Origin: Bigelowiella natans CCMP2755
Taxonomy: Eukaryota > Protista > Cercozoa
Reading direction: 5' to 3'
Length of the DNA: 64,000 nt
Assembly: GCA_000320545.1 (NCBI GenBank)
Contig: ADNK01000588.1
Location: 1-64,000, forward strand
How positions within the stretch are numbered: position 1 is the first letter of the stretch; every line of letters begins with the position of its first letter. The notes beneath the pieces were generated by a model that worked only from the letters and a program-made list of their open reading frames with translations, searched no databases and was not told the DNA's origin. Shown one piece after another: positions 37,882-52,269 of the stretch. The position numbers were made by a program, and so were the translations under genes.

Positions 37882-39406
37882 ATGGAATACTTTTCAGGCT
37901 TCTTTGTACGATCTTTTTGGGCTGTGTCAAGTCGAATTTTCGTTTGAGCCTTTCTATGCTTTTTTAACGAACTCAGACGGGGATTTTAAAGCTATTTGGA
38001 TTTTACAGCAAGGAGGCCACAGTAGTCCTCATCGGGCTTGACAATGCAGGTATGGACGTTAATGGCAAAATCGGTGTGTTTGCGGAAAGATTCGAATCCG
38101 ATTACTAATGACGGAGAAATTGAACACTGGGTCACTATTCTCGTGTCTTCTCTCGTAGGAAAGACGACACTGCAGTACAAGCTCCGTACAGGAGAGAGCT
38201 ATTCATTCGTTCCGACTCAAAAGCCCCAGGAGCAGGTTCCAAAGTTACACATAAGTAAGAGTATATCACAGCTTTCATTAAAGACGATCCTAACCCCGAA
38301 ATTTTGATGCATTTTGTGTTTGACTCAACCACACCCGCCAGGAAATAACAATTGGGAATGTGAAACTACAGGTAATGTCTACATGAATTTTATTTACCAC
38401 ATTCATTCTTATATTTCTAATCTAAACAATAATGCACTAGACATGGGATCTAGGCGGCCATAAAGCCGTGCGCAAGTTGTGGAAACAGTACTATAGAACG
38501 GTAGCTGGATCGCAATGTGTATATACTTCCGTTAGTCCACATAACCCTGATACTCTTCTTTCATACTCTTTCATCGGCGCTGGTTTTAGTTTGAAATAAA
38601 TTATAATGGGGTGTGAATTGCATCTGTACTTATGCGTTATTTCTCAGGCGGACGGTATTGTGTTCGTTGTCGACGCTGCTGACAAGTTGATAGACTCCTA
38701 ATATAATTCTTCGTTGTGACATTTGCCATACACCTAATACTATATTTGTCCTAAGGTCACGTTTACCTGAAGCAAAGAAGGTGCTCAATTTTATTCTCAA
38801 GGAAGACGGTAATAGTGCTTTATCCATTCATTGCTTCGAGAACTCGTTGTTAGCGTGAGCGCAAAGAGGGAGGATTATAGAGGAAACGCATATTTCACAT
38901 GCCTTAAACATAAAAATATTCGTTTCATGTTACTCTTTGTTGTAGCTCTTGTAGAAACACCAATTGCGATACTTGGGAATAAGTCGGATAAGAAGGTACT
39001 GCACTAGAATCGCCGAGAGAAAAGAAAAAGATAGATTAAGAAGGAGAAAGACGGGGGGTTTTAGTTGGTGGTGCCAGGGCTAAGTGTTTTCTTTTTCCAC
39101 TGGTCCAAGTTGCAATGTAAGGAGTTGGTTGGATGGTATCTGTGATAGGAGGCTGTGCCGATGCAGAAACTGCAAGAGGAACTCGGCCTCCCAAAGCTAC
39201 TTGACGCGTACAGGAAAATAAAGGTGGATTGAATCGACCACGTTTTTTTAGCTGTTGATCGTAGACGAAGTGAAATAATATGGCCGGGTTTCTCTTTGAT
39301 TGTTCTGTGCTCGCATCTGATATGAAATTAGGTGTTCAATACGTCTGTGACTGAGGGATATGGCTATCCTACCGCATTTGAGTGGATAGCAGCAAACCTT
39401 CCATGA
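37882..39406 (+). CDS. Sar1-like small GTPase, possibly the SarB paralog, multi-exon
   Basis: MEYFSGFF|TGILKLFG (no Gly2), GLDNAGKTT, VPTQKP, WDLGGH, LGNKSD, ending GYPTAFEWIAANLP*. Confidence 0.88.
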
Positions 39407-39489
39407 GAACACAAGTTGCAACGACTTGATCTGAATATCTATAATCTGATCAGAGAAGAATGGAATTAGAAAGTGAGACCAAATATCAC

Positions 39490-40080
39490 ATGTGTCGTGA
39501 ATGACGTTGGCGTAGGTTGATCTTGCTCTAACGCACGCGCAATGGCCTTGCGAATGAATCCACCTATGCTCCGCGTTTGGATGGGACGTTGCCCCAGCGA
39601 TACCACTGCACTGCATGACACAGCATGCGGATGGCTAGATGAGCGCATTTGGCCGATTTGCTCATTGATTGTTGATTGTGCGCTGAATTGCAGCAGCGCG
39701 TGCACACTGATGACAATTTCTGCAGATGCAAACTGCATGCTATCAATGCGTGCGTTGTGTCCATTGTGTTCTCCCCAAAGCAAAGCGTGTGTCCTTGTGG
39801 TTGTGGTTCAGGCGTGCTAGCGTGCGCCACAGATGTGCGTGAACATTGAAGCAGGTGTGTGTGAACTTGCATCAAACGAATGGACGATCAATTTCGTCGC
39901 CATCATTTCACACGAAAACAAATTTCGGTCAAGAGAGCAATCAGATCGGTAGTCATCCTTCATCGACATCAGCCTCTGACTGACATGCCATCTGGAAGGT
40001 GTCGCATCGATCATGAAGCATGTTTCGAGCAATTTCAGCAGACCGATGCGATGAACTTTCGCCTTCGATGAGATTTCAGG
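39490..40080. other. TpA-depleted intergenic island
   Basis: Manual count of 8 TpA in ~590 bp, 7 of them in CTA or TAG context. Confidence 0.8.
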
Positions 40081-40389
40081 AATAAGCATGCGACAAGGGC
40101 TAAACGATTCTTTTGCTGAAAAACAGAGGCATTTCAGTTCAGCGACGACCTAAAATTTCCTCAACGAGAAGAAAATATAAATCGCGAAATTTTTCGGGCC
40201 GATATTTGTGCTTTTGTAAAAACACGTCTTCGCTTAATGGCGCGTTACGCTTGTAAAATAGTGGGCTTTGATTCATGACGACGAATGGATCTTGTTGTCG
40301 CAGATCAACATTAGAGCTGAAAAGGATACGTTTTAGACCATTTCAAGCCTTAAAATGGTCTGAGAAGTCGAATCCTTTGGGCAACAACA

Positions 40390-40962
40390 ATGAGTTCGGG
40401 ATCTACTCGATCGCCAAAGGTGGTGGTGGAGGCCAAATTTATGAAGAGGAGCTGGGAGGTCGATGGAAGCACCAGCGTCATCAATTTGAAGCGAAAGATT
40501 CAAGTAAGGACGTATCTTCGCTCTTGCAAGATACCGAAACGCCCTCAAGGAACTAAACATGTCACGTTGTGCAGGAACAGACTCGAATTCCAGTTCTTCA
40601 CCAGATTCTATTGGCTAATGGGAAGCCTCTGCTTCATGGTAAACATGCCGTTTGCTTGATACCGTCGAATTTAGTTCTTCAAGCCCTATTCTCAATGTTT
40701 CTAGGAAATTCAAAATTGTTGGACTGTACATCGTTGGTGGTAGATGAGGCTGAGGAAAAAATAGCTAATATCACGCTAACGACGTGCCTTGAACCAGTGA
40801 CGGTACTGCAGATGATCGTTACAAAAACTTGGGAAAATGAGACCTATTAATGCATTCGATAGGATAATATCGACAAGATCGTCCGCCAGCTTGATAGTGA
40901 GAATAGTTTTTTCCGGGAAGAAGCAGTAGTTCTTCTGGGTATCGTTGTTATGAATGTAATTT

Positions 40963-41035
<73 letters not shown>

Positions 41036-44000
41036 ATCCGCTTTCGCTAGACAAGGAATCATAGATATCTTGCAATTTCCAGTAAATATAAACTTGATTC
41101 ATTTAGGAATGATAGCGACTCGCTCAACGAATGAACGAGACTTAGTTTTGATGCATAATCCCTTCCCAAAACTGAACCTCATTTGCAAGAAGGTAGTTAG
41201 CCAAAACAAAGCTTATTGTCTTTGCTAACTCGCAATAATTAAATAACTTTACAGAGACCGTCCAAATCTACCCTGCAAAGCTGTGCACGATGTAGTTTCC
41301 CGACGGAAAAGATAGGCTGATCAATTAATTGCTGTGTATCTGAAATAGGTATCGCAAGTTTGTGCTCAGGAAAACCAGAGCCAAAACTGAAAATGGTAGT
41401 GTGATTAATGATGAAGTTCACATAATCACAGATAATTCCCCAAAGGTGAAGCCAGCAATAAAGATCTTGTCGGATTTGATCACATTTTCGGTAGTTGACC
41501 TCGCAAATAAACGAGAACGAGTATATAATTAACGAATTTGTGTAATTCGTCAGGATGCAGAAATTCTTCACCATAGCTGTCGATCACTCATGTATCTATC
41601 AAACGGTTCTCCATCAATATCAGTGTAGTTTTCGGAAAATCAGTCATCTACTTTTAATTCTTAGGCGATGATGAACTAGTAAAAGCTATATTTGATGAAG
41701 ACGACGGTAGATCTTAATTTAAATCATGATATCTTTGAAAACGTGTAATTTCGGCTAGGACGGAAAAAGGGAAGCACATTCTGTCGTCGACTAGTGGAAT
41801 TGCTTGGTAAAAAGAGCTAGGCGAGTGTAATAGAAGACAATATGTTAAACAAAATGTTTATAACAATCAGATGGACATGATAATGTTGCTGAAAGTGTGC
41901 TAAAGACACTATCTAATTTCACAATTGCGGAGAGGTAGTACCATAGACTTCATAATTTAGTAACATAGGCCTAATATGGGTACTATGTCGATCAGTGACG
42001 ACATTAAGAAAACTCCAAAGAGGAAGAGGTATCATCCCAGACATCTCGCCAAAATCTTGGATTCATAATAACATAATTATTTTGATCATAATAGTTCCCA
42101 GTATGCACCTTAGCCTCTTACTTATCTCATCAAAACTCAAACTTACTTTGTAAAGGTCAATTAGTGGTCCTGAAGATCATTCTCAAATTCTATTGGAAGC
42201 TGGGGTGCTGCCAGCATTTCAGGGGCTGTTGAAGGTGGCTTAATATACACAATCACAATAATCCCTCTTTATAAAGGCTCTTTCATAATAAGGAGAAAGC
42301 AAGAACTCTGTCACTGAAGGCTCTTTGCTGCAGAGTAATATCTATGTTGGTGCAGCACAAAAGGTTAGGGAATTAAGTTTGTTCGAAGTAGGAAATGTGT
42401 TTGATGTGTGAAATTCTAGGTGTATCTCCATCATCATAAGTTCTGGGCTTCTGCGCACCATCCTTGGATTATTTCGACCTAAAAAATCGTTTCTGCCAAC
42501 TCCGATCACATCCCCTACGAAGGCATTTTGCATCTTATACGTGAAACCATTCCTAGAATAGCTGAATCCTGGAATATTAAAGGTTCCGCAATGGTCTTCA
42601 GAATCAATGGACAACCTCAGGGACTCTCCCGAATTCATCGCAGAGGGTGTACTTCTCGAGGCAGTCTGGGTGATGGTGAACATCACCTGCGATGGTCAGA
42701 ACTATCCCTTTGATCTGCTTTCCAAATTTGGTCAACCTAAAAAAACATCATCATACGCACAGGAGGTGCAGAGGATAAGCTAAAAGCCTTACGGTTGGGA
42801 ATGATAGGTCTGCGTTTTCCGAAGTATTACTTAATTTCACTGAAAATCTTCTCATTGATTAAATGCGAACTAAAGATGCGTTGTGCCTACTACTGGGAGA
42901 GCTGGATGAAGAGATCCTACTTCTAGGTGGCGCACGATAATTACTGCCAGAGATGTGTAACATTTTTTACGTATCTACGTAACAGCATTGGAAGGAATCG
43001 ACAATTTGTTAAAAGCTGGAAAGGGTCTTGCAAACGTAATCCTTGAGGATGAGGAAGAATCATCTTCGAGCGATCCCCCCAATGGTATTGACAGCCCTTC
43101 CAAGTTGTTCGGGTGTCATCTGAGATTGAGTTTTTAGTTCTGGAGGAAGTGCGTTTTAAAGGCCTAGACATGATGCTACAGCTTCTCACCGACTCAAACA
43201 TTACTCATGTGGTAACCTGACTCTCAACTGCAATTTCGCAACTGGCATATAACTTCAGTTTTCCATCGTCAAGGTAAAGCAGAAAGTAGCTAGCATAATG
43301 ACCCAGTACTTTCCAGAAGAAGCCAAAAGTTTTGATGCTGGTATGGAAGATCTTGAGGGTGAGCAAGGAGAAAGCGGTACTAACAAAATATACAAATATT
43401 TAGTTAACGAATGTAACTTTATGAGCCCGATAGAAAATGTTCCTCTCTGAAATTATTATCATCACATCAGAAATGCCGAAAGAAAGGAGTTCGAGCGGCA
43501 AGCCACCTCCATTAACAATTCCAGAGAATAAAACAGTAATTTCCACGACCCAGAAAGATGGCAATAATTTTGCAGGCGAAGGCGAGGAAGCCCATGAGAG
43601 TGATGATGACGATGAATCTGTGCACAGACGTAACTGTTCTAACGTTTCGAAGAAGCAGATAGAGTCTCATCACTGAATTTTATTACAGCTTCAACAGAAT
43701 CAATCAAAGTCGTAGTTAGATGCCGGCCATTTATAAAGGTAATTTCAAAACGTTGTTTAATGGTAATTACACTTAATGGTATACATAGTCACATTATATC
43801 TTCATTATAGAACGAATCAAAAGACTGCTTGGACGTGATTCATGTGGATTTGGTATCATCATTCGCCTACAAATTTCCAATCTAAAGAACAAAATCAAAA
43901 TACCCTGATTCGTAGGAGTCGAATAGAATATTAGTAAAAGATCCCAACCAGTCTGGATTTAATCCTGAGGTAGATCATCCATGGAAACAGAGTTGTGCGT

Positions 44001-47000
44001 GCCTCATAAAATTGTCCTTAAATACAGATGAAGGAGAGTTGGAGAAAGTTTTCGTTTGACACTGTGTACGGAAGGGTAACGTGAAACATTGAATATTAAT
44101 GAAAGCCAAACTCCGACAAAATGCAACACTAATTGAGCTTCAAATAATCTCTAAAGGAATCGAAGCAGAAAGATATTTACAAGCACTCAGTTTCAAAAAT
44201 GGTAACTCGGAAAGCCTACGTACAAATTGCCTTTTATATAAGTATTTTCAATTTCTTACACAGGTTCGCAGGCTCTTGAAAGGATTCAATTCGACGTAAT
44301 TTCCTTGTTGTGATAGTGTTTTTGCTTTAATGATGACAAGCTATCCTTCATTTACTCAATAACACAGAATATTCGCCTACGGCCAGACATCCTCGGGCAA
44401 AACCCACACCATGATGGGTAATGTCATGCTCGCCAAGATGAAAGCATTGAGCGCTCTCATCGATTGGTATATTTTTTATATATTATATCTTAAAGGAGAA
44501 CTACAAGATGACCATTTGGAAGGTAGTTTACGCCGTTTCATTTCTCAGAACGGATATCTTAGTATTGTTAATTCAGGAATCACCCCTCGTCTCATACGAA
44601 GCTTATTTTCCTTGATTGAGAAAGGTTGGTATGCAGCGAAAATATTCAATGTCGTTTCAAAATCCGTGTCATCGCCGTTACACGCAGGAAAGGAACGAGG
44701 AAATACGTTCCTCATCACCCTATCGTACTTAGAAATATACAATGAGAAGGTAGATATGAAATCATGAAATTACCGGTAAAGTGGATATTTGACCCGATAT
44801 GCCCAAATAGGTTTACGACTTGCTCACGAGACAAAGAAAGCGCGGAATACAGGTACTGCGATAATTACCTTTTAAAACTATGGTGTGAATACTCCTTGGC
44901 ATCTTCAGGCCAGAGAATCGTTACAGATACGTCAGAAAGGAAACGGTCTTCTTTCCTGCAGCTCCCCAAAATCTTTGAGTGACATGTACATTGATGTTAC
45001 AGGCTTCCATGTTCCAAAGCTCACAAAGCATGTTCGGCAGATTTTGTTCAATTATCCTTAGCTGTATGTCATTTCATTGAGAAGCGAGAATTTTAATTTT
45101 TCCTCCTTAAAGGTTATCACGGACGATCAGCAAATGCTTGCATTTATTGAAATGGGTAGGAGCTCCTGCTTCATTTTTCTTGGGTTATATAAGTTTGCAC
45201 TAATTGACAAAGGTTCTCGGGCAAGATCTACTGCAGCTACTGCATTAAATAGTGCCAGCTCGAGGTAAACTAGCACATCGAAGGGAAAGCAACTCCCAAA
45301 TTCACGTTCGCAATTGTACAGATCACACTCAATGCTCATCATCAATATTGAGAAGGGTAGCAGCGACGAGGTATGCAAGGACTCAATATTTTATCTGTAA
45401 GATTTTTCGTTACTGTATTCTCTCCAGAATATGAGGAACATCGTGAGTGCTAAACTGAATCTTGTCGATCTGGCTGGGAGTGAAAGGTACAGCTCCATCA
45501 CCATTAATGTGGCTTAGTGGAATGGGTCTAAACAAGTTTCGAAATTGTTTAGATTCCAGGATCAAGACATGAAAACTCAGAAGGAATCCACATCCATTAA
45601 TCAGTCGCTCACAGCGTTAGCAGGGGTGAGGCAAATCATCTACTCTCTAGCATTAGCATTAAAACAACATCTTATTCCTATATCTGGAGTAAACAAATTA
45701 AACACTAATTAAGGTTATCGCCGCTCTCACGTCAAATAAAAAAGGTTGTTCAACTTGATATCGACAACCTAGTACATTAATCGTACTCTCTCACCGCGTA
45801 GGAACGTTTGTACCCTACCGCAACTCGGCATTGACAAAGCTGCTCCGCGATTCCCTTGGTAAGTCATGTTCTCATCGATTGCCAAGTAGTGAGCTAAAGA
45901 TGTTTCGTAAATTGCATTTTATCAGGCGGAAATGCATCAACTTTGATGTTTGCCAATATAAATCCATGCGATCGAAATCTAAATGAAAGCGTAAGAGTTT
46001 CGCTTCACGACGAGGATAACCCATAGCTTTAACATTATAAATTTTGTACCTCAACTTAAGGTTTCTACCCTCCGTTATGCTGCAAGAGCTAAAAAAATTA
46101 TGAACAAGCCAAAAGGTAAACTAATTTTGCGAAATATTTTGACGAATCAATTACCACTAGTTCCCATCACATCTAATTTTTCTCCGCCCACATAACAGTG
46201 AACCAAAATCCGAAGGACGCATTACTCACAAAGCTTCAATCTGAGATAAAATCTCTACGGCGGTAGTCGCATTTGGTATAAAATGCGGCTGGGTCAAGCC
46301 GTCTTGATATTCAGTATTATTTTCAAGGCTGCTCGACAAAAAAGACAAGTACATCGAAAAAATGCAGGTCCAGACACCGAAAATAATCGTCGAGGAACCT
46401 TCGGAAGAAGAACGTCGGCGGGTTAGCAATAATATCAACCATCCCAACGAAGACATATTCTCTGATTCGAATGGAATTTCCGTTCCTAAAAGGCAAAGAT
46501 CGAGGCCGAGAAGCATAGAGAATTTGTGAATCAGGCAATACGTAAATACGTGGGGCTGGAAATACCTTTTATCCCATCATAAAATCAGCAAAAATAAGGC
46601 TGCAAGCCTGCAATTTATAATCTCTATCCTTGAAGGTGCGTGAAGATCTCCTCAACAGACTCAACGATGCAAAGTCTTCCTTCATCCAAGGGGGTATATA
46701 TGTATGTAAATATTCCTCGATGCATAGAAGTGAGAGATATGGGATAAGAAATACCTTCGTCTCAACATGTTGCGCGAGTCTATGTAGATACCAAATCATC
46801 AGATTAATTTACTGAAAGTTAAAAAAAAAATCGATTTGACATTGTGTATTTGAAACGCAGGTTCACCACGGGCACGAGGTACTAGAGGTGCATTTTATGG
46901 ATACCTAGGTTCTGAATGAGTAGTTCATGTACGTAGACTCTAGGGGAAGTAGACGCGGAGGCAGTAGAGCTGTAAGAAGAAGAATGACAGGTATCCTCGA

Positions 47001-50000
47001 AAACATAACAGCGAGGAAAACATAGAAAGATGGGGGAAATCAAGGAGGAAAACCATGCCTGAATATGTCTTTAAAAAAATTCTATCAGTGGTTGCAGCAG
47101 GCAGCCTTGTTCACACGATTCCAGCTCGAGCTATTGACGGTAATTAAGTGAAATGGAGCTAAAACTAATTAAAATAAAAGATGGTACGTCTTCGAATCTT
47201 CCTTGCCTGAAGCTGAATTTGAATTTCCTAGATGATGACGCTGAAAGTCCCACAAACAATCTACCTGGGATAGATCCATCGATACTTCGATCGGTGCGAT
47301 GATTCCTCTGACAGCAGTGAGAAGGCCAGAATGGAAAATTGACCAACATCATCAATTTCACATTTAGGCTCCTCATTTGAGTCGTGAAGACTCAGCCCCA
47401 GCGCCAGGAACAGGGTTCGTTATCACTTTTGAAATACGAATTATGCTATGAGAATATCAACAGTATCTGGATTTTCCTCAGGTACGGACGAAGGGGAAGC
47501 AGACGTCTCAGCATCTCACAAATGGTGCGGTGCGAAGATTGCACATCTATACCTATCCATCTATCATCCAAAAAGCAGCCTTCCATCTCTTGTCTCCTTG
47601 CGCTTTCATACCAAACTTTTAGGCCCCACAGATTGGCATGCAAGATGAAATTCAAGCAGGAGTTTTCAAGGCAATGCGAAAAATGCGGAGATCGAAGGTC
47701 TGGTGATGTTCGCAACCTCAGATAATATCATGACATGTATTGATCCAATCCATTTAACAATTTTCTAAGGCAAAATTCCAGTCACAAACCATAGAGTTGA
47801 AAGACATACTCGAGTAATGCCCTGGACACTAGTGGGAAGCACACATGATTGGTCATGATGAATCACTCGCCACTGTGTCGATCAGAATGACGAAAGTGAG
47901 AAAGGTGGAGCTGGAAACAGATTTAAAGGAATCCGAAGAGCAGAAAAAAGAACTAGAGGAGGTTCTTAGCACACAAAAAACAAAAGGAATCTTATTTGTT
48001 TTTAAACGTACGAAAATTATAATTACTCATCAGAATTTGACCTCGACTCTGAGTATAAACGCCGAGCTGAAAAGTAAACTAGAAATCGCAAACGAGCAGA
48101 ACGAAGAGTAAGAAAGCCACAGACAGCCTAGACTGACGACTTATTGCGAAGATCTAAATTAAAATCGTACACTTTAATCCTCAGGCTTCAAAGCGAGTTG
48201 ACAGCTCTAAGAAAACAGTTGCTAAATGTCACCATCACTCATAAGTCTGACGAGCTTATCATGCCCCGATCCCCTCGGAATGTGACCAAAGGTCTTCATT
48301 AGACAATAATTATCTTCGAACACATATGAATAATTTTACATATAAATTTTGTAAATATTGAATTGATTGAATAAGGGGTCGAAGAAGGCTCCCTTGTCAT
48401 GGAAATCAAGGTGAATTTTCTCGCACATATTTCGAAATAGAGGAGAAGCGTTTACTTCTAGATCACTGAATACGTGTGCAGGCTTATTCACAATATGTGA
48501 ACACTCTTCTGGCATATCATCCACTCCTCATGACGACTCGCACGTTGCCCATTCAACCGACGTGCGTACTGTATTTTCCTCAAATGAGATATGTTAGGGC
48601 AGAATATTGTTATTTATACTATATCAGTGATATCGAAGACTTCGCCGAAAAGATGAGAGATGGGATTCTACCTGCAGTGCTCATAAACTTTGCGGTATTT
48701 TGGTTGTTTTGAATTGAAGAACTATTTTTCATAATCATTCGCGCCTCTTTTATTGTCGCAACTTTCCAGGTTCCAAACACGATCGATGAGAGAGTATTGA
48801 ATAAGCCAACAGCTTCGAAGCCTCTCTCCGAAAAGGTCATCCGAAATCTGTTGGAGCGATGACAAAACCTGTCTTCCTCTGATGGAAGCTTGCAACCCTC
48901 AGGAACGAAGGGAGAACCTGATCCTTGTATTTGAGACATGCAAAGGGATAGGTGTTGAGGTGACAATGACTTTCAGTTTATTACCTCTCAACGATGTGGA
49001 TATTATCTGAAGCAATTTGCCTTCTAAGGTTGGAGACCTCACAGTTGACGCACTCTTTCCTACCGGATCTGTCGCGAACACAAATAATATACAGAATCCA
49101 GTGCCTAGAAAGTCTTCAACGGCACGCCACCAATCATCTGCGGTAAGGAAAGTGCTACATTGAACGTCAAAAATTTACACTTGTGGCTCATTGATGGTGT
49201 TTGCGATGGTTAAATAGGTATCACTAAAAACTGTGTGCACGTTTGCCTTCCGTATCATTTCCTTCATCACTCTCCGCCGCAACGAACTCTTGTCCCATCC
49301 AGAGGTTTCTGATTCAGATCAATGTCTCCATCGTGTTGGCACTCTGCCGTTTATTACCTGCATCCCCCAAAAGAATGTTTCCTTTTTGAAGTAGGCGACA
49401 TCCATTCTCAATACACTCGCATATTTTCTAAGGTCAGAGAAGCTGGAATAGCGCAGGATGATAACGACAGCGAAGACCTCCTCCCATCCAAAATTCTTCT
49501 AGGTGACTCTCCAAATATTTGCAATTCCAGATGTAAATTCTCAACAATTACTGAGATCGACTTCTTGCTTCTGTAGGATGGACAAATCACATGCTTGGCA
49601 AACTTCGATCAAATACTCAAATCTCAACCATTGTGACATCTGACGCCTTCCCATCTCTGCCTCTCTCGCAGTCCTCATTTTCCGCTAAAGGTGGCATTGA
49701 GAATGCCCTAGTGATGTCGAAATGATGATGCTAATATAAGGGGCAGTCGAAGTAACCTCCGTTGAAGCTAATGGATTTTAACACTTTACTGTAGGAAACA
49801 AAGTTCCAGCTTTTCTAGTTCTGGCAATCTCTCAAAAAATTAGAGGACCCCAAACTGTAAGTTGGCTCGCATCCAAGATGAAGGTCCCTTCTTTTGCAGA
49901 ATCGCGGGAATCCGATGCAGGGAGCGGCATCTCACCAGCTGACTTCGCAGCAGCCGGGGAGATTCTTCCGAAAGAGGTGACTGTAATTGTTCACTCGAGA

Positions 50001-52268
50001 GATTGGAGAAGATTTATCTTGCTTCGCTGCTGCGATGCAGGCAAAGACGTTCTTGATCAATGAGGATGACTTCGAACGGAAGCATGACAAGGAAACGGAG
50101 ATGTCCCTGAATAGACTTGCTCTGCTATTTACCGGTCGGTTCTCCACTAGCAGGAATTTCCTAGAGATGATGATTTTTGTGGCGCATGATTAGGAGCGGT
50201 TCTGAAGCATAGCTTCCCACTAAAGTTCAATGGACTCCACGGGGATATGGGAGGCCATCCGGAGGTTCACAAGGCAATCAAAGTTTTCCAGCGATGGTGT
50301 CGCCGCTAATAAATGAGAAATGAATTCGTTGTCAGAGTAAGACAGTGCGGAATACTGTAAATCCCGTTGAAAAGTTGATTAGACGTGACAGGAAAGGTGA
50401 ACAAGCGGCTAAGGTTTGAGAATGCGCAGAGTGTGTAATAGTAAAGTATGTTTCCTTTCAGCTGGGGGAAGTATTGTAAGCGTAAGTGATGACACCGACA
50501 TTGACGAAGATGAAGGTACAGGGTTTATCATGGGTGGCAAACACGATTTGATTCTCGCTGCACTTGATGGCAGATGGTGCTGGTGACGTCGAACCGAGCC
50601 AAGAGAAAGCTGTCAGGTCTTCTTTCTGGAAGGAAGAAGTCAACCCGGTTCGGATCGTCTGACTGTTTGCTTGCAAAACGTGCAGGATGTGGATCAATAA
50701 CATCGGGGTTCAGAATCGGTATATCCACAGGCTCCTCAACGCCTGCTCCAATGGGGTATGAAGCCATGTACGATTCACAGATGCTGATGATTCCATCGAT
50801 TCAATCATGCGTAGGTACTGCTTCTTCGGCTACTTGACCACATCGCAAAATCGGTGACACAGCAAGCTTCGTCTAATCCACCCGTTGTTCGTAGCATGTC
50901 TAATGTTGGTATTAATTGCTTCATGTAGTCGGTTGTTGATTGGAAGAAAGCCTATCCGAAGCCAAGTAATGTCGATTTGACGCCTCTGTTGTTTTCAAGT
51001 GTTAATTGCATTCCCCACCACTGCGAATACCAAAGGTAACAAGTTTCGAGAGCTTGCAAACTGCCAACAGTTCATCGAAAGATGCAAGGAAACTCCATTC
51101 AACTTCAAGGTATGTTTCTATGTGAGCGGTTTAGCACCGGAAGTGATAATGCACGTTGCAGGTAGGAACAACCACTGGACAGGATATAAATGAAAGGCAC
51201 TCAAAGGTTGATATCTTGCGTAAATCACCTCTTAATTTGCATTTGCCCGACGACATACTCAACCATTTCTTTGCAGCACGTGCTCTCCGTGACGTGGCAG
51301 CTCAGAAAGTTTCATATGTAGGATAGCCAGCGAACGATTTAGTTGTCTTTAGCATTGGTGGGGTTACTGGGATTTCTGTACAGGTTCGAATTCCTAAAGA
51401 GTATCTACGTGCGAAAGTTCGGCGGCGGTCAAAAAACAGCTGAATCCAAAATAAGGATTGATGAGGGGAAGATCGCGCAGTGGTAGTCATATTCTTCCGA
51501 CTGTGCAACAATTCTAGGCAGTTCTGAAATATTTGCATTTGTAATACAGGTGCATGTCGACAATCGAGACTGCATTAGATGAGAACGGAGGGTGAATAAA
51601 TAAACTATCATTAAGATTGCTTTTCGCATTTAATAATTACAATTTGTATAGATATCCCCCTGAAGCTTCGCACGTTGACGTAAGATCATCCTCGTTTATT
51701 TTTTGTACGCACAATAAATTTACCATATCTGTATTATTCCTTTTTCAAGCTGGAAGGAATTGGAAGTAAAATAAAAGGCTTTGACGAGAAGGTCATCTCA
51801 GAGCTATGTAGATTGCTACTTAGCTGATCTTCAGGAATTCATGAAATCAGACTTTGAAGACTGGCTTGTATCTCCTGCTCCTCATTTGGGCGAAGGATCC
51901 AGAAAGCATAGACTGGGCGAATGCTTCCACTGGTAAATCCGCCGCTAAAATAAAGGCTAGGTGGCTCAATAAATTTCGGAATTGGTGCTAGGTGTCACGC
52001 GCGATCAAAGACTGGGTAATGCAACGTATGCCATCTCCGTCGCACGTAAAATGGGATGCACAATTTTTTTGCAGCCGGCCGACATCATCAAGGTAGTCGA
52101 AAAGCAACTTTCAGATACGTTCGATGCTAGTTGAGCTTCGCCTTCGAGACAAAAACACATGCGCCAGCACATTGTATTAATTGTGTTGTTGTTTGTTTCA
52201 TTGCGTGTGTGCGGCAGGTGAGACCAAGAATGATCCTAAGTTTTGTTAGTGCAGTGCTAGCTACATGA
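40390..52268 (+). CDS. Multidomain kinesin: ubiquitin-like domain, importin-alpha-like ARM region, kinesin motor, coiled coil, fimbrin/plastin-like CH domains
   Basis: Motor (~43690-46260): ESIKVVVRCRP, YGQTSSGKT, YLEIYNE, NSASSRSH, LVDLAGSE, VPYRNSALT.LL.DSLGG, TLRYAARAK.I.NKP. CH region (~48480-52268): AYSQYVN, MRDGIL..LIN.AVPNTIDERVLN, ILLRWTN, NATYAISVARKMGC...VRPRMILSFVSAVL. Confidence 0.75.
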
Positions 52269-52269
52269 T

